IMG/VR virus record: IMGVR_UViG_3300031994_000013 | Span: 64,001 to 128,000 of that record | Origin: a virus | Taxonomy: Duplodnaviria; Caudoviricetes | DNA: 64,000 nucleotides | Direction: 5' to 3' (one strand) | Shown here: positions 19,101 through 28,222 of the stretch, piece by piece | How the letters are laid out: every line of letters starts with the position of its first letter | How positions within the stretch are numbered: the first letter of the stretch is position 1 | Position numbers and translations under genes: made by a program | Notes under the pieces: model-generated | What the model saw: the letters and a program-made list of their open reading frames with translations, nothing else | What the model was told of the DNA's origin: nothing | The model's database searches: none

Positions 19101-19418
19101 ATGTACAGCAAGAAGATTCTTGATGGATACCGCTACATCACCATTAACTACGATCGCAATCTTAAATATTGTCCCTACGGTAGCGCGGGCGTGGATATTT
19201 ACCGCGATGGCACAATAGCGCTAATAAGCTACACCACCCGCGTTATTGAGATTAACAGGGCTGGATACTTGACTTGCACGGGTACATACAGCCCCACCAC
19301 GCGCAAACACATTAGAGCTTTTCTGAAAGAATACGCGCCGTCTCTCTGTTACGCCGATGTTAAGAGTATTGCATGCACGAATCAAAAAATTAACACTCGG
19401 ACGGGCGAACGGGATTAA
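19101..19418 (+). CDS. Phage hypothetical protein, paralog of 20481-20753
   Basis: LISYTT..YSPTTRKHI motif. Confidence 0.8.
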   Translation: MYSKKILDGYRYITINYDRNLKYCPYGSAGVDIYRDGTIALISYTTRVIEINRAGYLTCTGTYSPTTRKHIRAFLKEYAPSLCYADVKSIACTNQKINTRTGERD

Positions 19419-19557
19419 AATCCCGTTCAACTTTTTTGGATGTTAAACATCCAAATTCTTCTTGCGATGATTTACAATAACTTAACACAAAAAGGTATTG
19501 ACATAATAGGCGCGCAGTGCTATAATATAACCATCAAATGAAAGGGGACTAAAACTC

Positions 19558-19869
19558 ATGTACGAACTTCTGAAAGCTCTCAAAAACAACGATGGACTCA
19601 CGCTAAAAGCAGGTAAAGCTATATCCTACAAGACTGGTTATCAAGTCGCGGATTATGGCGTCGAGCGCAAGACTCTGAAAGCTGCTGTGCGAGCTGTGGA
19701 AAAGATGCAGGGAAGCTGCGGCATCTGGTATAGTGAAGGCGTCTATTATATCGACCATTCCTTCCGCGTCAGCACAAAAAGGGAAGCGTTAAGAATAGGT
19801 AAAGAACATAACCAAATCAGTGTGCTTAAATGGTCTGACATGAGTTTAGTTTATGTAAAGGAGGCGTAA
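19558..19869 (+). CDS. Hypothetical protein
   Basis: Cassette promoter, RBS. Confidence 0.75.
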   Translation: MYELLKALKNNDGLTLKAGKAISYKTGYQVADYGVERKTLKAAVRAVEKMQGSCGIWYSEGVYYIDHSFRVSTKREALRIGKEHNQISVLKWSDMSLVYVKEA

Positions 19870-19870
19870 A

Positions 19871-19957
19871 ATGAAAACGATAATGTTTGTTATAGCAATG
19901 TTAATTATCATAAGCGCCTTCATTAACTTCGTGTTAATAGCATATAAACGGCAGTGA
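19871..19957 (+). CDS. Small hydrophobic peptide (28 aa)
   Basis: GGAGG RBS; MKTIMFVIAMLIIISAFINFVLIAYKRQ; stop in hairpin loop. Confidence 0.55.
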   Translation: MKTIMFVIAMLIIISAFINFVLIAYKRQ

Positions 19958-20084
19958 CGCCGTTTATAAAAAAGTTGGATGTTAAACATCCAAATTATAT
20001 TTTCGCGTCTTAACAAACACTTAACTTGACACTTCGCGCGCTTTATGTTATAATACAAGCATCAAAGGAAAGGAAGTAAAAAAC

Positions 20085-20321
20085 ATGACACAGCTAATTT
20101 ACATCGTTACCTTCAAGGGGCTCACTCCCCAAGCTACCAACCTTTACGGCGGCGTTTGGGGTGCTTTTACCAGCTTCGATAAAGCTCGTAATCAAATTGA
20201 ATGCTGGATAGAAGATTACGAAGAAACCAAGCTGGATTATATAGAACAGGATAACGGCTTGCATGTCTATATCACTAATAAAGGCCGTTGGATAATTGAA
20301 CCGACTCTTTTGGACGATTAG
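20085..20321 (+). CDS. Hypothetical protein
   Basis: Cassette promoter, RBS, stop in hairpin loop. Confidence 0.75.
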   Translation: MTQLIYIVTFKGLTPQATNLYGGVWGAFTSFDKARNQIECWIEDYEETKLDYIEQDNGLHVYITNKGRWIIEPTLLDD

Positions 20322-20480
20322 CATCGTCCTTTAAAAAAGTTGGATGTTAAACATCCAAAAATCACCCAGCCGATTTAACACACTCTTAATACAAAAAACT
20401 ATTGACATATTGCCTCATATGTAGTATAATATAATTGTTCTTGAGGGAACGAAATAAAACAATTTTCGGAGGGTACAACA

Positions 20481-20753
20481 ATGACAAGGAAACTGAACGG
20501 CCATGAATACGCGCAAGCCCATGTAATTACTGACAGCGGTATTACTAAACTGATTAGCTACCACACCAAAGTAATTAGCATCGATAGTAAAGGTTGGCTA
20601 ACCTGCTATGGCCTGTATAGCCGCACGACTATTAAGCATATCGGCTGGTTTATGCGTGAGCTGGGGCTGAGCTACTATGACGCAAAGCAATGCTACCTTA
20701 ACCGTATGCAAATGAACATCAAAACCGGAGAGGTTCGTAAGCGCTGGCAATAA
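20481..20753 (+). CDS. Phage hypothetical protein, paralog of 19101-19418
   Basis: LISYHT..YSRTTIKHI motif. Confidence 0.8.
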   Translation: MTRKLNGHEYAQAHVITDSGITKLISYHTKVISIDSKGWLTCYGLYSRTTIKHIGWFMRELGLSYYDAKQCYLNRMQMNIKTGEVRKRWQ

Positions 20754-20877
20754 GCCAGCTTATTGATTTTGGATGTTAGACATCCAACTTTCCCATTTCG
20801 GCTTAACACAAACTTAACTTGACTTTATGAGCGTTTCGTGTTATAATTATACCATCAAAAGAAAGGAAGTAATCATT

Positions 20878-21134
20878 ATGAGTAAGAAAGATTTTGAAAC
20901 CGATGGCACTCGCAACGGCCTGAACGTGTTCTGCCCTATTGCTGACATGACATGCCCCTACTGTGATAAGGATGGGCTGTGCCACATCAGCGACCCGCTG
21001 GAAGAGTGCTCTGACTTTGGTGCCTACTATGAGAGCTGGGAAGAATATGAGAACAGCTGTAGCTACGACATTGAAGATGATGTTGATGAAATGGGCTTCA
21101 ACCCCTACGAGGCGGCTATGACTACGACTGCTAA
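20878..21134 (+). CDS. Acidic Cys-rich protein with probable 1-bp frameshift near 21111
   Basis: Restoring one G gives ...GFNPYEGGYDYDC* with TAA in the hairpin loop, as in other cassettes. Confidence 0.6.
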
Positions 21135-21272
21135 CGCAGTCGTTTTAGGAATTTGGATGTTAAACATCCAATTTCATTTTAAATGATTTAACTTTTATTT
21201 AATATAAAAATATATTGACAAACTCCCGAAACTATGATATAATGATATTATCAAAGAAAGGAGAGAATGTCT

Positions 21273-21428
21273 ATGAAGGTCTATATAGTATGGTATGAAT
21301 TAATAACAGTTACAAATAAAGTCGTAACTGCTATGTGGGGTATTTATGCAACTAAGGAAAAGGCACAAAATGAATTAAAAAAGTTAAAAATGTCTGATGC
21401 TTGGATAGAAGAAGAAATAGTGCAATAG
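21273..21428 (+). CDS. Small hypothetical protein (51 aa)
   Basis: MKVYIV...GIYATKEKA motif common in small phage proteins; stop in hairpin loop. Confidence 0.7.
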   Translation: MKVYIVWYELITVTNKVVTAMWGIYATKEKAQNELKKLKMSDAWIEEEIVQ

Positions 21429-21560
21429 CACTATTTTCTATATGACAATTTGGATGTTAAACATCCAAATTTCCTCTCCTACTTTAACAAACAATTAACT
21501 TGACAATTATCCCCTCTTATGCTATAATTTAATTGTAAAAAAGAAAGGAGAGAAAAAACA

Positions 21561-21914
21561 ATGAAGCAACTACTTAACGCTGAATTAACCCGCCATGTTG
21601 AAGTCTATCGCGCCGACCGCGTTCAACACATTATTAACGATATTGGTTTAGGGCAGGTCGTTAAGGAAGTTTATCGCCGTGGGCACGAGAAAGCACTTGC
21701 GGGACAAGCTGGTGTATATATCTGTATTACAGATACTGGCATCACCATCATCAAGGACGAGCTAAAACAAAAGATAATTACTATGTATGTTACAACCTTC
21801 CGTGAGCTGGTACAATGTTATAAGGGAGTAAATCGTATTCCAAGTTACTTACGGAAGAAAGTGGATAGAAATCAAATTAAGTTTATCAAAGCTGGAAAGA
21901 CAATTTGGCGCTAA
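21561..21914 (+). CDS. Hypothetical protein
   Basis: Cassette promoter, AAAGGAG RBS. Confidence 0.75.
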   Translation: MKQLLNAELTRHVEVYRADRVQHIINDIGLGQVVKEVYRRGHEKALAGQAGVYICITDTGITIIKDELKQKIITMYVTTFRELVQCYKGVNRIPSYLRKKVDRNQIKFIKAGKTIWR

Positions 21915-22056
21915 TCGCGCCAATTCATAATTTGGATGTTAAACATCCAAATATATTTATCGCATTTAACGCATTCTTAACTTGACATATCATACCCCGT
22001 GTGATATAATTTATACATCAAGTGAGGGAAAACCTCATAGAAAAGGAGAAAGAAAA

Positions 22057-23034
22057 ATGTTTGGAGTAATTGGTGCGATCATTGTACTTCTCGTAGGTTT
22101 CATTGGAACGGGCTTTATCAGGGATTATGATAGCAAGCCCATCAAGGGCGCACGAATTGGCTTGCGTATTGGAGCTGTCATTCTCGCCACCATTTTCATC
22201 CTGCTCGCGTGCGGCACACAGGTAAGAACAGGGCATACTGGTATTCCTGTAAAGTTCGGGCAGGTGCAGGACTACACTATGGAAAGTGGCCTTAACTGGC
22301 ACTCGCCGTTTATCAATGTAGTAGAAATGGATAACCGCGAACAGCGTTATCACTTTGAGTTGCTTGCTTTTAGTGCTGATTTGCAGGAAGTACAGGTTAA
22401 GGGCAGCGTAAATTACTGTATTGATAGCGCTAAGGCTATGAACCTGTATAAGACAGTAGGCGTTAATTATGAAACTATCCTTATTGTGCCCCGCACACAG
22501 GAAGCAGTTAAGAGCACATTTGGAGACTATACCGCCGAAGGACTGATTGAAAATCGTTCTGCCCTGTCAGAAAATATCGGTGCCGTACTGCGCGCCGACC
22601 TGTCTAAGTCTGGTATCAATGTAATCTCTATCTCTATTGAAGATATTGACTTTACTGACGCATTTACACAGGCGGTAGAAGCAAAGCAGGTAGCAACACA
22701 GGAGAAGTTGAGGGCGCAGACCGAGCAGGAGCGTCTAACTATGGAAGCCGAAGCTAAGGCAAAGCGTGATGTAATTAATGCTAATGCCGAAGCAGAGAAG
22801 GCTAAAATCGCAGCCGAAGCAGACCTTGAAGTTACGAAAATTCAGGCGGACGCCGCCGAATATGCGGGTTTGAAGGAAGCCGCTAAGAATAAGGCTATTG
22901 CGGAATGGCTGTCTGCTGACCTCCTTGATTATTACCGTATCCTTCAGTGGGATGGTAGGATGCCTGTAGTATATGGCAGTGAAACAATGTCGCTGATGGA
23001 CGTAGGCGGTCTGTTGGGAGAAGAGGGGAAATAA
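22057..23034 (+). CDS. SPFH/band 7/prohibitin-family membrane protein
   Basis: Two N-terminal TM helices, GLNWHSPF, coiled coil, C-terminal WDGRMP. Confidence 0.9.
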   Translation: MFGVIGAIIVLLVGFIGTGFIRDYDSKPIKGARIGLRIGAVILATIFILLACGTQVRTGHTGIPVKFGQVQDYTMESGLNWHSPFINVVEMDNREQRYHFELLAFSADLQEVQVKGSVNYCIDSAKAMNLYKTVGVNYETILIVPRTQEAVKSTFGDYTAEGLIENRSALSENIGAVLRADLSKSGINVISISIEDIDFTDAFTQAVEAKQVATQEKLRAQTEQERLTMEAEAKAKRDVINANAEAEKAKIAAEADLEVTKIQADAAEYAGLKEAAKNKAIAEWLSADLLDYYRILQWDGRMPVVYGSETMSLMDVGGLLGEEGK

Positions 23035-23212
23035 CCCCTCTTCTTTTTTGTGTAGAATTTGGATGTTAAACATCCAACTTTCTATTTTCCTCTTAACATA
23101 AATTTAACTTGACAATTCAACCCCTCTATGATATAATTTTAAACAAATTAAATAAAATGACATAAATGGGACTTAATCAACTTACTTTTATAACAGTAAG
23201 GAGGTGATAAAC

Positions 23213-23962
23213 ATGTCTGATAAAATATATTATGTTTATCTAACTACCAATTTAATTAACAATAAAAAATATATAGGGCAGCATAAAGGAACCTTAACAG
23301 ATTCTTATTTAGGAAGCGGTATAGTTTTAACTAAAGCTATCCAAAAATATGGAAAAGAAAATTTTAACAAAACCATTTTAGAAATATGCGATGAAGATAC
23401 GATTGATGAACGAGAAAAATACTGGATTGCATATTATAATGCCGTTCAAAACGATGATTATTATAATCAAGCAGAAGGAGGCCAGGGCGGTGATGGTTGG
23501 AAAGCTTGCCAAACCTATTTACAACAGCACCGCGATATTGCAGAACAATTATATAAAGAAAATGGCGCTCGAATTCAACAGTGGCTTGATAATCACCCAG
23601 ATATAAAGCAATTAAATATACAAAAAATGATTGATGGTTCTAAGAAATACTACACTGATAATCCAGAAAAGCGGGCAGAAGTTATTCAAAAAATGAATAA
23701 AGGAAAAGAAAAATGGCAGCAAGAGCATCCCGATGAGCACCAAGCCCAAATAGATAAATGGCGCGCAGCCGGTTCAGAAGCAAATAGTAAAAAAATTATT
23801 TGTTTAAATACACGAGAAGTATTTTCTTCGATAAGCGAAGGGGCAAGACATTATAATACACACGAATCAAATATTAGTAAAGTTTTACGCGGAGAAAGGC
23901 AAAGCGCAGGAAAGCACCCTATAACAGGAGAAAAATTAAAATGGGCGTATGCTAATGAATAA
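23213..23962 (+). CDS. Free-standing GIY-YIG (Seg-like) homing endonuclease
   Basis: YYVYLTTNLINNKKYIGQH, YLGSG, EKYWI, YN..EGG; C-terminal NUMOD1-like FSSISEGAR. Confidence 0.85.
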   Translation: MSDKIYYVYLTTNLINNKKYIGQHKGTLTDSYLGSGIVLTKAIQKYGKENFNKTILEICDEDTIDEREKYWIAYYNAVQNDDYYNQAEGGQGGDGWKACQTYLQQHRDIAEQLYKENGARIQQWLDNHPDIKQLNIQKMIDGSKKYYTDNPEKRAEVIQKMNKGKEKWQQEHPDEHQAQIDKWRAAGSEANSKKIICLNTREVFSSISEGARHYNTHESNISKVLRGERQSAGKHPITGEKLKWAYANE

Positions 23963-24068
23963 TTTTGGATGTTTAACATCCAAAATGTATCATAAATAAT
24001 AAAATCTTAACTTGACTTTTTATACTTTTAGTAGTATAATTAAACCATCAAATGAAGGGAGAATAAAA

Positions 24069-24515
24069 ATGAGTAAAACAATTTTCTTCGATTTGGATGG
24101 TTGTCTTGCGGATTTGTATAGCGTTCCCGACTGGCTCGCCAAGTTGCGTGCTTTCGACCCATCCCCCTATATCGAAGCGCGCACGATGATAAACATGAGC
24201 CTGCTTGCCCGCTATCTTAATAAGGTGCAAGCTGGCGGCTGGCGCATTGCCGTGATAAGCTGGCTAAGCAAAGAGCCGCGCGAGGACTATGACAAAGCCG
24301 TTACCCGCGCCAAAATAAGCTGGCTTCAACGCCACCTTTCAAGTGTAGTATGGGATGATATCTACATTGTCGCGCATGGCACGCCAAAGGAATCGTTTAT
24401 GACTTCTCCCGATGATATTCTGTTTGATGATGAACAAAAGAACAGAATTAATTGGTTGGGAACTTCCTACAAACCCGAAAAAATTCTTCAAGTTTTGAAG
24501 GACTTGTGCCCGTAA
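24069..24515 (+). CDS. HAD-family 5'(3')-deoxyribonucleotidase-like protein
   Basis: IFFDLDGCLAD motif I and ILFDD motif IV. Confidence 0.8.
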   Translation: MSKTIFFDLDGCLADLYSVPDWLAKLRAFDPSPYIEARTMINMSLLARYLNKVQAGGWRIAVISWLSKEPREDYDKAVTRAKISWLQRHLSSVVWDDIYIVAHGTPKESFMTSPDDILFDDEQKNRINWLGTSYKPEKILQVLKDLCP

Positions 24516-24922
24516 GGGCACTTTGACAATTTGGATGTTAAACATCCAAATTACACTCTGCGCGTTTAACCGAATCTTAACACTCTAAACTATTGACAAA
24601 ATCCCGAATCTATGATATACTTATATTGTTCTTGAGGGAACGGAACAAAAAAGTGCTTTCCATTATGAGGATTGCGATTGGACTTCTGCAGTTCGCCAAT
24701 CAAAGTTCCCAAATCTTAACAAAAGAAACTCTTGACAAAATCCCAAATCTATGATATACTATTATTGTTGAGAGGGGATAGGGTGAAATGAGAATCGGCC
24801 GTACATTTCTTATGATTCTCTCTCAACATAACAAACTCTTAACTTGACATTATACGCACTTCGTGCTATAATATAATCACAAAAGGGAAAGGAAAATCCC
24901 AAACACCAGAAAGGTAACCGAT

Positions 24923-25255
24923 ATGACGAAGAACACTCTGAACGCACTCGTAACCTACCTGACCGCGCACGACATTCCCGAACTGGCTGATGCTACTGCT
25001 GAGCTTGTAGCCGAGCAGACCAAGAACATCGAAAAGGCTAACGCCAACCGTGAGCTGTATGACAAGTCGCATGACATTGTAATGGCAGTCATTGACGACA
25101 CGCCGCGCACCGTTGCCGAGATTTTCGATGCTTGCACGGGTCTGCCCGCCGACTTCACCAAGTCCAAGCTTCAGTACGCCCTCCGCGCAATGTGGGCTTC
25201 CGAAGTCAATAAGATTGAAAACACCAAGGGCCCGAACCAGTACACCAAGGCATAA
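24923..25255 (+). CDS. Putative winged-helix DNA-binding protein, paralog of 30119-30523
   Basis: Shared T..E/D.FD...LPADF...K.Q..L pattern; strongly biased codons. Confidence 0.65.
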   Translation: MTKNTLNALVTYLTAHDIPELADATAELVAEQTKNIEKANANRELYDKSHDIVMAVIDDTPRTVAEIFDACTGLPADFTKSKLQYALRAMWASEVNKIENTKGPNQYTKA

Positions 25256-25402
25256 AAACAAGGGGACGCAAGTCCCCTTTCCTTTTATCAAAAATTGGAT
25301 GTTAAACATCCAAATTCCATCTCACTTAACAGAAACTTAACTTGACAAAACAAACCGACTTTGGTATAATTTATACATCAAATGAAAGGGGAAAAGTCGG
25401 TT

Positions 25403-25570
25403 ATGGCAAAAATACTTTGGGGGATTTTTCACGCGCTTGCTTTGGTATGTTTCATTTCATTTTTACTTTGGGCTTTCACAGAAGAAACGAAATTTAAGGT
25501 GATATTTCTCGTAACATTCGCCCTCCAAATTTACGGAATTTTAACAAAGGAAAAGATAAAAAAGTCTTGA
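25403..25570 (+). CDS. Small two-TM membrane protein
   Basis: Hydrophobic 55 aa; cassette promoter. Confidence 0.6.
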   Translation: MAKILWGIFHALALVCFISFLLWAFTEETKFKVIFLVTFALQIYGILTKEKIKKS

Positions 25571-25624
25571 CATTTTTCAAATTTGTGATATAATAGAACT
25601 ATCAAAAGAAAGGAAGTCAAAGAT

Positions 25625-26041
25625 ATGAGTAAAGCCAGCTTGGAAACTGCCCTCCGCGTTGAAGCACTTCAAGTCGTTAAAGAAGCACTCTCCGCACATT
25701 ACGACCTTGACATTGACAAGCAAATTTGCGTAGTAAGCGCCAGCGAAATTGCTATCCCTGTAGTTGATGCAGATGGAAATGATAAGTTTGTGTTAATCAA
25801 AATTACCATTCCTCGTGGCACTCGTAACGGCAAAGGCGGCTATGACGATTATGACGGATACGCCGCCGCAGAAGATTACAAACTTGATTGCGAAAGAACC
25901 CAAGCAAAGAAAGAAGCCAGCGCCGCGAAAAAGGAAGCGGCAGCCAAGGAGCGCGAAGCCAAACGCGAAGCAAAGAAAACTATCAAGGAACTTAACAAAA
26001 AGGGACTTGACAGAATGATACACGAACAGGAGGGCGAGTAA
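25625..26041 (+). CDS. Hypothetical protein with K/A/E-rich helical tail
   Basis: Promoter, RBS, stop in hairpin; architecture like 34850-35212. Confidence 0.75.
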   Translation: MSKASLETALRVEALQVVKEALSAHYDLDIDKQICVVSASEIAIPVVDADGNDKFVLIKITIPRGTRNGKGGYDDYDGYAAAEDYKLDCERTQAKKEASAAKKEAAAKEREAKREAKKTIKELNKKGLDRMIHEQEGE

Positions 26042-26158
26042 TCGCCCTTTTAGAAATTTGGATGTTTAACATCCAATAACCACTTCATCAAATCTTAACT
26101 TGACATTTATGGTATAAGATGTTATAATACATATACAAAGTAAAGGAGAACTAACATT

Positions 26159-26437
26159 ATGACTATTGAACGAATGATAAAGGTTACAGATAATTGGTGT
26201 CCCTGTTATCCAAATCATCAAATTAAACTTATATTAAATCTAAACTTTTATAATGGTTTATATTATACTCGTCTAAGTGCTTGGGGTTATGATGATTTCG
26301 GTTTAGAGCTATATTTTGAATCTCGAAATGAAGAAGAAACTAAAAAAAAGTATAAAGAATTTTATGAATTATATTGCAGCATCCCCGATGGAGTAGATCA
26401 AGACTTTTTCTACGAATTAGGTTTTACACAGTTTTAA
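26159..26437 (+). CDS. Hypothetical protein (AT-rich)
   Basis: Cassette promoter, AAAGGAG RBS. Confidence 0.7.
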   Translation: MTIERMIKVTDNWCPCYPNHQIKLILNLNFYNGLYYTRLSAWGYDDFGLELYFESRNEEETKKKYKEFYELYCSIPDGVDQDFFYELGFTQF

Positions 26438-26517
26438 CTTGACATACCGTCCCTCATATGATATAATTACATCATCAAGTGAAGGAAAACACAAACAAAC
26501 CAGAGAGGAACAAAAAA

Positions 26518-26850
26518 ATGTTTGAAGATACTCGTGATTATTTCAACCATCTTCTTGACGAAGCCGGCATCAAATACACCGTAGCCCCTTGCTTCGACGG
26601 CTACCAGTGGCGCTTCCCCGCCTTTCCTCTTGGGGATATTATCTGTCATAGCGGCAGCTATCACAATAACGAAGGCTATGTAGAGAGCTATGGCTTTGAA
26701 TGGGATGAAGGCGATGTAACGGCGCTTCCGCCCGAAGAGATGATAGACTATCTGTTGGGTGAGAGAACAGAACACCAGCAGACCTATGACATCTTTGACC
26801 TATTCAACAGCATTGCAGCAATCGCCGAAGCAGAGGAGGAGGAGGAGTAA
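26518..26850 (+). CDS. Acidic hypothetical protein
   Basis: Promoter, leader AAACCAGAGAGG, stop in hairpin. Confidence 0.75.
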   Translation: MFEDTRDYFNHLLDEAGIKYTVAPCFDGYQWRFPAFPLGDIICHSGSYHNNEGYVESYGFEWDEGDVTALPPEEMIDYLLGERTEHQQTYDIFDLFNSIAAIAEAEEEEE

Positions 26851-27084
26851 TCCTCCCCTTTTCATAATTTGGATGTTAAACATCCAACTTCCCTCCCCGC
26901 CACTTAACGCAATCTTAACTTGACATATATGCCCCTACATGGTATAATGTTATTGTTGATTGAGGGACGGAAGCAAGGAAAGAAACCAAGATAACAAAAT
27001 CTTAACTTGACAAACTTCCCACCTTATGATATAATCTAATCACAAAGTTGAAGGAAAACAACAACAAACCAGAAAGGCAACGCT

Positions 27085-28083
27085 ATGTTCGTATCTTCTG
27101 ACCTGTCTATCTCTCGTTCTGTCAAGGGTTCTCCTGTCGTCATTCAGTACAAGGGCAAAGTTATGATTATCCCGCCTACCGCGCCCGACTATAACGAAGC
27201 TGTCAATCTGTATAACGCTTGCCGTTGTATTCCTGTTCTCAATAGAGAAAAGTATATTGTTGACGGCCGTATTACCCTGCCAAGCTGGCTGATTGGTGAG
27301 CATGTCGAAGCTGTAGCCGATGTAGTAGAAGCCGCCGCAGAGCTGCCTGTAGATAAAAAGGCGCAGCTGCTGGAAGGGCTGGGCGAACTGCTGAAATTCT
27401 TTACAGAGTTTGACTTCGTACCCTCCTTCCGTTTCACCAACACTCTCGCGCAAAAGGCAGTAAAAAGCCAAACCGAAGCAAAGAACTATATCAACCATTA
27501 CTTTGCGCTGACTGGTTCTTCCTTTGCCAACGATGTAGAGCAGAAAATTCGTAGCAAGGAATTTACCGAACTTCTCAAAAAGATTAAGGAATACGGCGCG
27601 CCCACGCAGGTAATTAATAACCGCTTCAAAGTTTATTATGGCTCTGCTGGCACTGGCAAGACCACTCTCGCGCAGTCCGAAACGGATAACCGCTGTATCG
27701 TATGTAATTCTTCTATGCTGCCCGCCGACTTGATGGAAAACTTCATTTTCAAGGATGGCAAGCCCGACTTCAACCCTTCTATGCTTTGGGAATGTATGGA
27801 ACAGGGAAAGCCCATTGTGCTTGATGAAATCAACCTTCTTCCCTTTGATAGTCTCCGCTTCTTGCAGGGCATTGTAGATGGCAAAAAGTCCTTCTTCTAC
27901 AAAAACCGTGAAGTCCATATCAATGATGGTTTTGAAATCATCGGCACTATGAACTTGACCCTTGGCGGTGTAACTTATGGCTTGCCAGAGCCGCTTGTCG
28001 ATAGGTGTGAAGATATTCGTGAATTTGTGCTTAGTGCCGAACAGCTTGCGGGCGCAATCACTGGTGAATTTGTTGCGGGTTAA
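27085..28083 (+). CDS. MoxR/CbbQ-like AAA+ ATPase
   Basis: Walker A GSAGTGKT, Walker B IVLDEIN, GTMN sensor, LPEPLVDR. Confidence 0.85.
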   Translation: MFVSSDLSISRSVKGSPVVIQYKGKVMIIPPTAPDYNEAVNLYNACRCIPVLNREKYIVDGRITLPSWLIGEHVEAVADVVEAAAELPVDKKAQLLEGLGELLKFFTEFDFVPSFRFTNTLAQKAVKSQTEAKNYINHYFALTGSSFANDVEQKIRSKEFTELLKKIKEYGAPTQVINNRFKVYYGSAGTGKTTLAQSETDNRCIVCNSSMLPADLMENFIFKDGKPDFNPSMLWECMEQGKPIVLDEINLLPFDSLRFLQGIVDGKKSFFYKNREVHINDGFEIIGTMNLTLGGVTYGLPEPLVDRCEDIREFVLSAEQLAGAITGEFVAG

Positions 28084-28222
28084 TCCCGCAACATTTTTTT
28101 AACAAATGGAATTTGGATGTTAAACATCCAAATACCAGCACTCTGACTTTACACAATCTTAACTTGACAATATAGGGGTATAGTGCTATAATTATATCAT
28201 CAAATGAAGGGAGAACAAAATA

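Noticed and set aside
27040-27918. 292-aa minus-strand ORF
   Set aside because: Antisense shadow of the codon-biased AAA+ gene
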